From Blepharisma stoltei ATCC 30299 (Eukaryota; Protista; Ciliophora), in NCBI GenBank assembly GCA_965603825.1, contig CBFDEM010000038.1, positions 496,001-560,000 of the forward strand: a stretch of DNA of 64,000 bases, given 5' to 3'. Positions 50,189-63,255 of the stretch are shown piece after piece. Each line of letters starts with the position of its first letter. Position 1 is the stretch's first letter. A program made the translations under genes and the position numbers. The notes under the pieces were generated by a model, which worked only from the letters and a program-made list of their open reading frames with translations, was not told the DNA's origin and ran no database searches.

Positions 50189-51901
50189 ATGGTGATACTG
50201 AGTTGCTTTCAAATAGACTGCAAAAAAGAAGTTAAGTATAGGTGCCAGTGCACTTCTCCTGAGACTTACATGTGCGAAAAACACTTATCGAAGCACCTTA
50301 AGCGATTAGGCCAACATTCCTTTGAAAGTATGTTCCTGGAGCCCCTAGATCAAACAAAAGAAGCTATTCTGGAATTTATTACAAAAAAACAAACTAAAAA
50401 TGAGAAATTAAAGAAAAAAATTCTAGCTTATTTTACGATAAGAATAAGCAGATCTGAAATCGGGGTTAGAGAGATGATAAGCCAGCTCGATTCTGACTCA
50501 ACAAAACTGTTTTCTCTATTTCAAAAAATTAATATGGTTAATAAAGTATCTATTCTCGAGCAGGATCCGATTTTAAAACTATTGCCTTTACCCCCTGATG
50601 AAGCAATTGTTAGAATTAAACCAATTATAAAAAATCTAGATTCAAAAAATTATAATTGCAGCTTAAATGATGCTGAAATTGATAATCAGCTGACTAAAAT
50701 TAGGGAATCTATTTCGAATCTGAGAAATGATATGAAGAAAGACAAAAAAGAGCTTGAAGATTGAAAGAAAAAAATAGAAGAGAAACTTGGAACTCTTATA
50801 GAAAAGCAAAAATGTGAAGACCCTCTGCAAATTAATAATCTTGAAGAAAAATTACAAAAAGAACTTAAAAATATGGAAAATTCAATTAATTCCCAGCAAA
50901 AGAATGCATTGCTTCCAATTTTAGAATTAAAAAAAAATGGTATGGAAAACTCTCAGGTTAATTTTCAAATAAATGAGCTGAAAGAAAAAAAAAGACTATT
51001 TTTAGACGGACAAAATAATTCAGAGATAGGAAGAGACTTCAGAAGAACTTGCTGACTTTATGAAAATGAGCTAAAAACGCTTTTAGAGTCAAATAAAGAT
51101 TTGGAGGAGGCTTATCTAGACTACAAAAATAGTTATAATCAATCAGTTTCTATATACCTTTTAAACTTAGATGACAACCAAAATACCAATTTGATCATTT
51201 TTGACACAGAAAATGAAAAAGAAGCTTTTGTTAGGCTAGATAATGCAAAACCATTAAATACAGGCACATGCTTAGCCCAAATTCCTGGAGGCGAATTGTT
51301 TTGCTTTGGCAGTCAATACCCACCTTCTGGAGTTACTATGATGATTGATACAAAATATAAAACTCGGATGCTGCCAAGTGGTAGACCATGCTACTCTTCT
51401 TCATCTATATACTGCAATAGAAGCATTTACTGCTTCGGCGGATTATCCAAGAGTGATGAGCTATTAACCCTAGCAGAGAGGTTTGATTTAGATGAAATGA
51501 GATGAATAAAATTATCTCCATTGCCAGCAGCAGACGGTAATTGCCATTGCATATTGTTCAAAGAGAATATTTTGATTTCTGGCTATCGAAATCAAAACCT
51601 TATGCGGTATTCAATTAAAGAAAATGCTTTTAATTCAATTCCTTTTAAATTTGCGGAGAGAAAAAAGAAGCTTTTAATTAATGACGATAGGTTGTATTTG
51701 ATTGAGTGTGATGGGTTAATATATGAAAGTGAGGCTGGAGATGAGTATAGATGAAAAAAAATCGGGAACTCAATAATTAGTGATAAATGACCTCCTCAAG
51801 TTTATTTGTCATACAATAAAGAAGCAGTTTACATTGGATGCAGGTATCCTCATGCCTATTATAAGTTTAATTTAGATGAAAAAGTAATGATTCAGCTTTA
51901 A
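50189..51901 (+). CDS. C5H3 Zn-finger / coiled-coil / Kelch protein (~570 aa)
   Basis: Four track ORFs in one frame, ending at TAA 51899-51901; IYCFGG...ERFDLDEMR-W Kelch blade. Confidence 0.85.
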
Positions 51902-52472
51902 AATTTGTTATAATATTAGGCTTAGACTAATTTAATTTCTCTTAGAGCCTACAATTTTATTTTTTGCTTATAAATAGGATTTTAAACCTATAGGCTACTG
52001 GAATAAAAACGGAGGCATAGTTGATGCCGATATAGCTAGAGGATTTATCAAAACAAAAAATCAAGTTGCCAATCCTAAGTTTTCACTCCATAGAATTTAA
52101 AATAGGAAGCGCCGAGTATTTAATACTATTCCTTTAGACAATATCTTTGCAACTTAAAATCCAGCATGGAGACCACTGGAAATAAGCAAAATTTTCAGAG
52201 GATTTTCCAAGCTCAAAAATAATTGAAGCAAAAGCAAATCTTAAAATTTATGGGTCTCCCACTTTTATAACATATTTTTTTCAATTGCATTCATCTTTTA
52301 TATGAATTTATTATTTGCTTAATCCCTTCATTATTTTTTTTCTGCTTAAGCAATTATAAAATGCTTTACTTTTCTTCAATTTCATAAAGCTATATTCATT
52401 TAGAATAATCGTTATTGAAACTCTTTTTTTGTAATAATATTGCATCATATTTTTAAACATTCTGATCATAAT

Positions 52473-55142
52473 ATGGAAATCAAAAAGTGCTTTGAGCCGA
52501 GCTGTAACCTTGAAGCTGAATATATATGCCAATGCACTTCCCTTGGAATATTCTCGTGCGAATTGCACATAGCGGATCATTGCAAACAAAATAGCCTTTC
52601 TCATAATTTTGACTCTATATTTTTACAGCCAATAGAAGAGACTAAAAACGCGATTCTTGGATTTCTTACCGAAGAAAAGGATCAAAGAGAGCAAAGACAA
52701 AAGAAGCTAGCAAATTTGTTTATAAATAGCCTTTGAACTTTAAAACGGATATTCATAGAACTATTAAAAGGGCTTGATGAAGATTCTACAAAAATTAAAA
52801 CTTATTTTGAAAAGATTTCTCAAGCGCAAAGACTCTCAAAATTTGAGAGTGACCCAATTTTGAAATTATTAGTTTTGCATACTGATGAAGCATTAGAAAA
52901 AATTAAATCAGTCACCCAAGAAAAGTCAAATTCAGTTTATTGCGAAAACCTATTTTGTAGGCTTAATGATGAAATTTTCAAAACAATAAAAAGTTTTAAT
53001 CAAGAAAGCATCGGTATTGATCTAAGCCAAAGATTGACTGAGATAGAAAAAGACGCTGAAAAGCGTAATGAAATTATTAATTTAAATAAAAAAGACATGC
53101 TGGATTCGTATAAAAACATGGGAGCCATTAAGATTGATCCAAGTTGTGACACAGCATACAATGATGCTGGGCTTGCCTTTTATAACCAAAAGATGTACGA
53201 CGAAGCAATAAAATATTATAACAGCGCAATTGAAATTCGTCCAAGCTGTGCAATTTATTATAAAAATAAAGGAGATGCTCTGAAAGAGCTAGGAAGAAAC
53301 GAAGAAGCAATGGAATGCTATAAGGAAGCTGTCAAAATTAATATTAGCTATGATGCAGCATATAATAATATAGGAATTATCTTGTTTAAGATGAAAAGGT
53401 ATGAAGAAGCGATGCAATCATTCATGGAAGCAATTAAAATAAATCCAGAATCCTCAGTTTATCATAAAAATAGAGGAGATGCTTTAAAGGAACTAGGTAG
53501 AACAGCAGAAGCAATTGAATGCTATAACCAAGCGATTAGGATTAATCCAAATTTTGTGTCAGGATACAACGATTTAGGAATGATTTTATATGATGAAAAG
53601 AGATATGAAGAAGCGATCAAGTACTACAATGAGGCAATCAGAATTGAACCAGACAGCATTAATATATATAAAAATAAAGTATTAGCATTAAAGCAGCTAA
53701 GCAGAATTTCAGAAACAATAGATTGCTGAAATGAAATTATCAGAATTGGTCCAAAAAACGCTTCAGCTTGCAATGAGATGGGAATTTACTTATATGATGA
53801 AAAAAGATATGAAGAAGCAATAAAATATTTCAATATAGCAATCAAAATGGAACCAAATAGTGCGGTTTTCTATAAAAATAAAGCTCTACCTCTAAGAGAA
53901 ACCAAAAGAATAAAAGAGGCTATGGATTGCTATAGTGAAGCTATTAGGATAGATCCAAACTTTGTTTCAGCTTACAATGAAATGGGAATTGTACTATCCA
54001 ATGAAAAAAGAGATAAGGAAGCAATTGAATATTATAATAAAGCAATAAGAATAGAGCCCACTGATGCAATTCTATATAAAAATAAAGCGATGTCTCTAAG
54101 GGAACTACGAAGGATGAATGAGGCAATTGATTGCTATAATGAAGCTATTAGAGTTAATCCAAATTTCGTAGACGCTTATAATGAAATGGGAATTGTCTTA
54201 CATGGTGAGAACAGAAATGAAGAAGCAATCAAATATTATAACGAGGCAATTAGATTAAAACCAAATTCAGAAACTATATACAGCAATAAAGCATTAGTTT
54301 TGAAGGAACTAGGAAGAATCGAAGAAGCAATAGAGTGCTATAATGAAATAATTAGAATTAATCCCAAAAATTTATCAGCTTACAATGATATAGGAAATCT
54401 CTTATGAAATGAAAAGAGATATGAGGAATCTATCAAGAATTATGAGGAGGCAATCAAAATTGAGCCAAAAAATGAAGTTTTGTATAAAAATAAAATAGGC
54501 GCTCTAAAAAAACTAAAAAGAATAGATGAAATAATAGAATGCTACAATGAAATGATCAGAATTAATCCAAATAATGTTTCAACCTTCAATGATTTCGGAA
54601 ATTTCTTATCCAGTGAAAATAGACATGAAGAAGCAGTAAAATATTATAACGATGCAATTAGAATTAAACCTAATGATACGGTTTTATATAAAAATAAAGC
54701 ACTATCCCTAAAAGACCTAGGAAAAATAGATGAAGTAATTGACTGTTATAATGAAATGATTAGAATTAATCCAAATAATGTTTCAACCTTCAATGATTTT
54801 GGAAATTTCTTATCCAATGAAAATAGACATGAAGAAGCTGTAAAATATTACAACGAGGCAATCAGAATTAAGCCTAATGATATAGTTTTATATAAAAACA
54901 AAGCACTATCCTTGAGAGATTTAGGAAAAATAGACGAAGTAATTGGCTGTTATAATGAAATGATTAGAATTAATCCAAATAATGTTTCAACATACAATGA
55001 TTTAGGAATTTACTTATACGGAGAAAAGAGATATGAGGATGCACTAAAATATTACAATGATGCAATTAGAATTAAACCAAGTGATAAGGTTCTACGTAGC
55101 AATAAATTATTAGCTTTAAAGGCATTAGGAAGAGTAGAATAA
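52473..55142 (+). CDS. C5H3 Zn-finger / coiled-coil / ~20 TPR protein (~889 aa)
   Basis: ATG 52473; four track ORFs joined by TGA; regular 34-aa TPR units. Confidence 0.9.
54530..55140 (+). repeat. Three near-identical 204-bp (two-TPR) tandem units
   Basis: aatgaaatgat(c/t)agaattaatccaaataatgtttcaac recurs at ~54546, ~54750 and ~54954. Confidence 0.85.
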
Positions 55143-55377
55143 TAAAATGCTATAACATCATAAGAAATAATTTAGTATTAATGGGTTTAAAAATTAATTT
55201 ATCCATTTTAATTATGTTAAAATAATGATTTTAATTCACAAAGATTAATTTCTAAAATATAAATTGCTAAAATTTTGATATTATGTGACTTCAGATCTGT
55301 TTTGATTTTATTAGTTTTTTTCTGCGCTTTATTTTAAATAATTTAGTATAATTTAAAAGAGAATGATTTATTAATAT

Positions 55378-57693
55378 TTAATGGTATTTTTTCTTCTTGT
55401 AAAACGCAAGATAGAGCTTATGCCAATCAGGGTCATTTTTGCTGACTATATCATCATCATATTTCTCCCATTCGCTATTATTCTTAGTAAATGCTATGAA
55501 ATGAAACCCATAATAGCATATTACTCCAAAAATTTGATAAGTTTCATTACTAATCTGCAACTCATCTGGTATTTCATTAAAACCTTGGTGATCAGGCATA
55601 TAAATTGTTAAAATATCAGGCCAATCAACTCTTTCAGTTTCCAGAGTTATATCTCTCAGTTCTCCACATCTGTCGCACATTAGCTGATTTTCCCAATTAA
55701 AATACTTCTTTTCTCCAACAATATTGTTTAAAAATTCTCTTATATTGCTTTGGGAATTTTTTGGAATAATTATAAAATTTGAAGATTCTTCGACATATGA
55801 TTTATGCTTGTAAGGGCATGTAAAAGTTTGCGTTTTAGCCACTTTAAAAGGATTTGCATCTTCAATTTTATCTGAGATGATTAAAAACAGCTCTTTTGAA
55901 TCATTTGGAGACCTTCCAGCGTACTAAATAAATATTACCATCGAGTATTCTTTTGAAATTATATCTTTAAATTCACTGATATGTGGCATTATTGATATCT
56001 TTGAAGCATTACTATTCATTAATGATATAACTGAATTCAGGCTCTGTAATAATTTATTGCTACTAATGCTGCTTATTGATTTTGTAAATTCAGAAATACT
56101 TGCTAATATTTGTATAACAGAATTCATATAGCAGGTATTTCCTATATTTGGCAAGCCTGATTTGCTATAAATTAGAGATCTTGTCGGTAGAGTTTGAGTC
56201 TGAGTATTTAAGGACCGTCTTTGCCTTTCAGCTTCTTGATAATCTTCAGAAAATATATTTTGTCTTGATGGCAGAGTCACTGTCTGGCCAATTATCTGAT
56301 ACTCGGTTTTAGGTTCATTTGAGCGAACAACAGATTGTCTGAAAATTTCAGACTTATATTTTTCTATTTCTTCCTCAATTGCTTTTAACTGTTTAACTGC
56401 TAATTCTATGTTGCTCTCTAGCTCAGCTATTTTATTCTTGCTAGTATCGTTGCTTTTTAGTATATTTTCGATGCTATTATCAACTTGCCATTTCCAATCC
56501 CCCAATCCCTTATTTAAGTCATTGCTTTGAGCCAAAAGCTTTTCGGTATAAGATTTATATTCCTCTATTTCATTTTTAATACTTTTGATGTCATTATTAG
56601 CATGAAATTGCCAATCTTGTATATCCTTGTTATAATTCTTTGATTTCTCAATTTCATTTAAAAGACTTTCTAGCTTTGCATCAGATTTATTTTCTATTTC
56701 CTCAATGTAATTTAATTGCGATTTTAATTTTTCAATAGAAATTTTGTTTTCATTTTCAATTCTTTCAATTTTTCTATTTAAATCCTCAAAATGTGCGTTT
56801 ATACTGTCACTATTGGATTTGCAATTTTTATTCAACTTATTTAATTCAGATTTAATGCCCTGAACTTGAATATTGGTATATTCTTTACAGGTTTCAATAC
56901 TTGCAGTAGCTTTGGTGGATTTGAACTCCAATTCATTTAATTTGGAAATTATTTCACTGCTATTTGCATTTACCACTGATTTTATATAATCCAATACCCT
57001 ATCATTTTTAAGGAATTCTTCTGGGCTTGGGCAATTATTTTGTTTTCGCTCATTGTCCTTGGAGAATTTTTCTAATTCTTTCATTTTATTTGTAAGCACT
57101 TCTTTAATGCGATGGAAATCTTTTTCTAGCTTATACTCCATAGCTATAGTGCTGTTAGAATTTTTTGTTTCTATAATATCGGCTGCTGAATGTATCTTCT
57201 CTTCACATTGAGCTAATAACCACTCTATCATGCTTTCGGACTTATTTTCGATATCCTTTTCTATCTTTTCAGCTAATTTCTCTTGTAATTCAGTGAAATA
57301 ATTAGCTATAGCGCTTGCGCTTAATATTATTTGCCTATTATCTTGAAAACCGCTGCTATTAGGTAAGCTCAGGCTTTGTAATTCAATTTTTTGATGGGAA
57401 TTAGGTTCTTTTTCAACAGATAGAATATTATTCTGTTTTCTTGAATAACTGTCAATATCTCTATTTAGATTACCATTGCCCAAATTTGTTGAAGAAGTAG
57501 ACGGGTGGCTTATTGGGGATATGTGAAAATCAGGAGGTAAATCTTTTCTATAATGAGGACCTTGCTCATAGTAAATGCTTTGGGCATTAATTTGATCGAT
57601 CGCAAGAGGTTTTAGGTCTTTCCTTATATAAACTAAAATCGATGGCGAATATACTGTTGTCAATTCCAATTTTTGCGTCAACAACCAAAACAT
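55378..57693 (-). CDS. Ubiquitin-specific protease (peptidase C19) with long coiled-coil N-terminus (1 intron; 5' end uncertain)
   Basis: Cys box GLPNIGNTCYMNSVIQ and His box YYGFHFIAF...WEKYDD; intron 55924..55938 joins the two track ORFs. Confidence 0.88.
55924..55938 (-). other. 15-nt intron GTAATATTTATTTAG
   Basis: Removal joins the Cys-box half to YAGRSPNDSKELF and the His box. Confidence 0.9.
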
Positions 57694-57970
57694 CTTTTAG
57701 TGGTTCACTTTCTATTGTATGACTAATGTAATTCATTCAGTTTTTATTTCTCTCGCAAATTTTGTAAAATATTTCTAGAGTGCCTCAGCATGACTCGAAA
57801 CCTCTAATACTGAGAAGTTGATTATCAGAAATCCCATTTCTAAATGCATTTGTCGTAATTTCATGCAGATATCTGTCCAGCATTTGAAACCTTGGATCCA
57901 GATATGCATTTATGTTGCTGCTAATAGTCGCTATCATCCAGCATGCCCGCCTCAAATGAAAATTGCTCAT
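57587..57970 (-). CDS. 127-aa ORF overlapping the USP 5' end in another frame (upstream exon, frameshifted start or separate gene)
   Basis: ATG 57970 reads through TGAs to TAA 57587-57589. Confidence 0.45.
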
Positions 57971-58479
57971 TTTTATTAGTTTCTACAAATTCAATTAACC
58001 AAAACTCAATCGCTAAATGTATTTGTCGATGTGATTTAATGGCAGCAAAGCAGTCGTTAAGGAGACGGCATGTCAAAAATTAAAATACTTAAGAAAATGC
58101 GATAAAAGGAGTTTTAAAAATCAAGCTTTTGCTTGATAGGACCAATTATGCTTTAATACAGCTTAAACTTTATAGACTAAAAATTATTAGCAACAAATCT
58201 AATTTATGTTTGGGCCGACAAGATATTAATGACTTGGAAATATTCAAATCTAAAAATTTATTTTAAAAGCAAAGTGAGTTGATAGTTGATAAATATTTAC
58301 AAAGCAGTTTAAAGACTTAGTTTATTAGATATAATTTTTTCAAGTAACTTTAGCTTAAGAAATGTGAAAATCTTCAGGTCAGGTCAAAGTTAATCATAAT
58401 TATTTGGAGTCTAATAATCTACGGAGATCAGTTAATCAAAAGACCCAATCTATAACTGGAAAAAAAATAAATGAAGATA

Positions 58480-59170
58480 ATACAAGAAGTATCTCATATA
58501 GCAATAAATTGTCAACTAATGCAAACACAAGAGATTCAAGAAATGCTGACTCAGGTAGGCATGAAAGTAGAAGTGGAATCAGAGAGTTGCGAGCACAAAA
58601 CAAAGTTTGCAGTATTCAAAGACTATTAAAGCACCCAACAAAAACCAAGCATAATGAGGAAAATCAAAAATTGCAAACGAAAATATTAATCCACTTCAAG
58701 TCCACCCGAAACATAGGATCAAAAGATACGATAATAATTTCCAGCATGATGGCGCATTTTATTTTCGCTAAAAGCTGGAGGAGCTTAGCCTGCGAATTTA
58801 GGAAGAATTTGCATTGTGAGAAAGGATTCTGCGACGCATGAGCCTTTCTAGTGCTGAATCTATGAAGCATTGTATTGAAATAAAGATAAAGATATGATTC
58901 AACGAGGAGTCAGGGAGCCAACGCATGGATATTTTTTATATAATTGAAGTTAGAGATCCAGTGGATTCCAGGAAAACTTTTTATTTTAATTGCCTAACCT
59001 GGATGAGCAAGTAGGTGGTGCATTTAAAACAAAATTTCTCGTGAATTTGAATGCACTTGGAGATCTGAGGTTGTAAAATATGCGGAGTTTCTGCTTGGTA
59101 GAAGTGATAAGGCTTGTGCTTGTTGAAAGATATGACAATTTGCTATGGAAGAGATTAACGGTTAATTAAA
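58480..59170 (+). pseudogene. Heavily decayed gene, possibly a protein kinase
   Basis: Fragments in mixed frames (CEHKTKFAVFK, NENINPLQVHPKHRIKRYDNNFQHDGAFYF, MIQRGVREP, WEIWGC) occur in kinase subdomain order, with many stops. Confidence 0.3.
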
Positions 59171-59299
59171 AAGAGAGAAGTGCTTGCAAGACCGGCAGTA
59201 AAAGTTTTAGATAAGATAGCATTAAAAGATACTAATTTAAGTGTTCATTATGCATCATAATGCTGGCTATTAATCTCAGTTAAACTTTCAAGCACAGCT

Positions 59300-60250
59300 C
59301 TATTTGATGCAATAGAATTGAGCTATAAGATATAGGCTGAAGAGCTAATTAAACAAATAGGTTATACTGAAGCTAGAGGAAAAGATTCAGAAGCTAAAAA
59401 TGTATTATTGAAATTCTAATTGAAAAAAGGAAAATATTGAGGAAAGGCTGAGGAACAGTGAATCAAGAGTTTCTGAAAGGATAATGAGAGAGTCTAATAG
59501 GAAATTTAAATAAAAATGATAAAATTAAGAAGAAAAATAAAGAGTTTGACTTTGAACTAAATAAATATAAATCGATACTACCAAATCTGAAGCAGAAAAT
59601 AAAGAATTGAGGCTCAAAGCAGACCAAGAAGAAAAAATAAAAGAGCAAGAGCAGAAATTTCACATTTTGAGCCAGAAAAATTCTCAAATGAGCCAACAAA
59701 GTTAATCTTAACAAATGCAGCTACTTTAATAAAAAAAGTTCTATTAAAAGATAGAAAAAACCTTTATTGAAAGAAATCAAAACCCAAGAGCAGATTATAA
59801 AGACTGCCAAAAAGAAAATGAAAGGCTTGCTGAATTAAAACAATTAAGTTCCCAGCTTAAATAAGAGCAGGATAAATTCATCATGAAAATATAAAAGTAG
59901 ACTTATTAAAAGCAACCTCGTAAAATACCACGGAGGGGTGCCAATCAAAGAAAGTACTTCTGACTTTGGAGCTATTAATGAATAGAGATCGGAAAATGAC
60001 GCTTAGACTTGCTCAAGATTTATTGGAAAAAGAGAGATTTAACTGAAAAAGAAATAATATCAAAAATTATTGAAAATTAAGAAAATTCCAAGCTAAAGTT
60101 GAATTCAGTTTTCTACAGCGCAAGAAGGCTTAGTTAATACCCAAAAATAAACAAAATCCATGAAAAAATCAATCACTTAAAGGAGGCGTATGAGAATTTT
60201 TGTAAAGCAATTGCTTAGCTCATCTGAAACTTGTTCCAAAAGCTGTTCAG
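59300..60250 (+). pseudogene. Decayed coiled-coil gene
   Basis: Glu/Lys/Gln-rich heptad-like translation interrupted by many TAA/TAG and frameshifts. Confidence 0.4.
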
Positions 60251-60519
60251 AGCCATTTCTTGGTTCAACTAGACGCTAGCTAAAGGATGCTAGGAATTTT
60301 TCCTTCTGCTTGCTATTTTTTGACTACTCTTTTGTAAAAATCTAAGAATTGCTTCTTTTATTCCTTTAATCGGCTCTAAAAGTATTTTTTCAATAGCTTG
60401 AGCCTTACGAAGAAGCTTTAAATGTTACCCGAAGTGCAGTTCACAGCATAAATTGTACGAGAGGCGGACGGCATGCATATATATTATTATAATTATGGCT
60501 TATTATAACCAAATTTTAT

Positions 60520-63205
60520 TTAAATCTGCAATTTTTGGAGTAGTTCATTACGGTCTCGACCTAATACATCGTTAATAAAATTTATGTCTTTTTCCGAAAG
60601 CTCCCATTCATCCCCAGCAAAAATACCACTTACTTGATTTTCTTGCTTTAAATTGTAAGCCTTATTAAAGTCCTTCAAAGCTGCTTCTTGTCTGAGATTA
60701 TTAAATACTCTAGCTCGGCTGCAGAAATGTAAAGGATTGTTGGGTTCAAGCTTGATTGCCTCATCATAGCATTCTATTGCTTCTTGATATCTCTCTAAAA
60801 CATAAAGAGTATTGCCTTTACTATTATAAAACTTTGCATCTTTTGGATAGACTCTGATTGCTTCTTCATAATTTTCTACTGCTTCTGGGTATCTTCCAAG
60901 TTCATTTAAAGCATCCCCTTTATTATAGTAAAAATTAGCATCTTGTGGATTGTGTTTGATTGCTTCATCAAAGCATTCGATAGCTTCTAGATATCGTTTT
61001 AGATTATAAAAAGATAATCCTTTATGATTATAAAATCTAGCGTTGCTTGGATCGAGTTTGATTGCTTTGTCATAACATTTGATTGCTTCTAGATATCGTT
61101 TTAGATTATAAAAAGCTAATCCTTTATTATTATAAATATCAGAACTTTTTGGATTGAGTTTGATTGCTTTGTCATAGCATTCGATTGCTTCTAGATATCT
61201 TTCTAAATCATAAAAATAAAAACCTTTATTATTGTATAAATAAGAATTTTTTGGATTCTGTTTGATTACTTCGTCACAGCATTCGATTGCTTCTAGTTTT
61301 TCTCCTGGCACGTTGCTGCCATTTTAATGTATATTGATAAATGATTGGGAAGAGTAAATATTCTAGAGTAGTATCTTTTACATTGCATTCATCTAGATAA
61401 TAAGGTTCGAGTTTAAAATTCTGATTATTGCACTTTATTGCTTCAATCTTTTTACCTGCTCTTCTAAGTGAGAAATGCTCATTATAATAAGCAACATCAA
61501 TAGCGATTTTTTGATCTAAATTAAAATAATAATATTCTCTAATTGAACTAAAAATAGTTGAGATGTATATTCCTCCTTTATTATATGTACAATAAGCTTG
61601 ATTCGGAGCGCAATCGATTATTGATTTTCCAATTCGTCTCCAATTTCATAAACTTCCAACTTCGCTTTCATAGATTAATCCATTTTGGCATTCAATCAAA
61701 TATAGTCTCTCTGCATTTATCAGGATCTTTCTTTTCCGATATGCAAACTCATAAGGAATTGTCGAGAAAGAATCAATATCTATTGAGTATAACAAAATAT
61801 TTGTATTAATCCGTCCAGAAATCAAAATATTTCCATTAAATATTATAGTATGGCATTCATCATCATCTTCTGGCATTGAAGTTAATTGAATTCATCGATT
61901 TCGATCTAAATCAAATCTACTAGATAGAGTTAAAGCATAACTCTTTTTATTCTTTCCTCCAAAACAATAGATGCTGCTGTTGAAATAGATACATGATGAG
62001 TCAGAGCAAGGAGTTCCAGATGGCAACAATTCGAATTCACCGTTCACATCAATTAGCACTGCAATTCCAGAAGTTGGATAATTACCAAAACAGAATAGCT
62101 TGCCATTTGGAAGTTGAGTTATGCAAGTTTTATCGCCTAATAGTTCTGGGATCTGCAAGAATTTGATTTCCCTGGCTTCAGTTTCAGTGTTGTAAATAAT
62201 TAAATTAGTTCTGTCGTCCTCATCCACTGCTATATTATAAAGAGATGTTTTTTGGTGATAAGCTTTAAGATAATCTTGGCAAGCTTGAATTAATGGTGGA
62301 TCATAAAAACGAGAATGGATGTGAATTGCTGAGCAAGTTGTATTGAAATCCATCTCTAATTCTGGATTGTTTGGCCTACTCAAAATCTCAGCTGTTTTAT
62401 TTCTTAAGATGTCTATAAGGTTTAAAGCACTTTCTGCTTCTTTGGGTTTACTGTTGAGATAATTAGAAACAGTGCTTATTTGAGAATTAAGCAAACTTGT
62501 CTCGCTTTCTAAGCTTTTTTTTATTGGCCTGTTTGCGTTTTCAGACCCTTTTAATTTCTCACTGTTCTCATTTATTATCAAGGAAATCGAATCCTTAACG
62601 TTTGCTGACTCTATGGTTTTATTCACTTCAGGAGTATTTTGCATATTCATATTTTCTAGATATGCACCACCTTTTTCTTCAACAAAGGATCTATTTAAAC
62701 TCGCTAGCTTTTCAGTGATTATATAAAAGAATCTTGCACTGTTGTATCAATCTTTCATGGCTATAATCATCAATTTTACTTTCTCAACAGCTTCTCCAGG
62801 CTGTAAAACCAATAATCCTAATATTGGATCTTGCTCTAGCTTTGATACTTTTTTAACTTGGGAAATTTTTGCAAAGAAATCATTTATTTCACCTGAGCAA
62901 TCATCCAATTTTTTCCTAAAATCTCTTAAATTTCTCTTTAAGTTAAATGGGCAATTCTTAAAAGAATCTATGATTTTTCTTCTCAGCTCGCTGTACTTTG
63001 AATTTTCTATTGTAAGGAATTCAAGAATTGCTTCTTTTGTGCCTTCATAAGGCTGGATAAATATTGATTCAAGGTTATGAGCTCTATCAGGCAAGTTTGC
63101 ATGCTTTCCAATGTGCGCTTCACAAGATAAAGTCTCAGGAGAAGAGCATTTGCATGAATACTTAACCTCATTCGTACAGCCTGACTCGAAACACTTCTTC
63201 GCCAT
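60520..63205 (-). CDS. C5H3 Zn-finger / coiled-coil / Kelch / TPR protein interrupted by a 49-bp insertion
   Basis: ATG 63205 (MAKKCF) runs via TGAs through Kelch into TPR. The frame changes at 61306..61354 and the TPR array continues to TAA 60520. Unedited, the frame stops at 61229. Confidence 0.75.
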
Positions 63206-63255
63206 CGTATAATAATTATTAAATAGATGATTTTTAAAACTTTTTACATTCAAAT

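Noticed and set aside
58900-59010. Reverse-transcriptase remnant (RGVR... and an AYADD-like stretch)
   Set aside because: Only a few residues match and they require frameshifts; no supporting RT motifs.
60400-60480. GC-richer patch as a small RNA gene
   Set aside because: No tRNA cloverleaf, snRNA or snoRNA box motifs could be supported.
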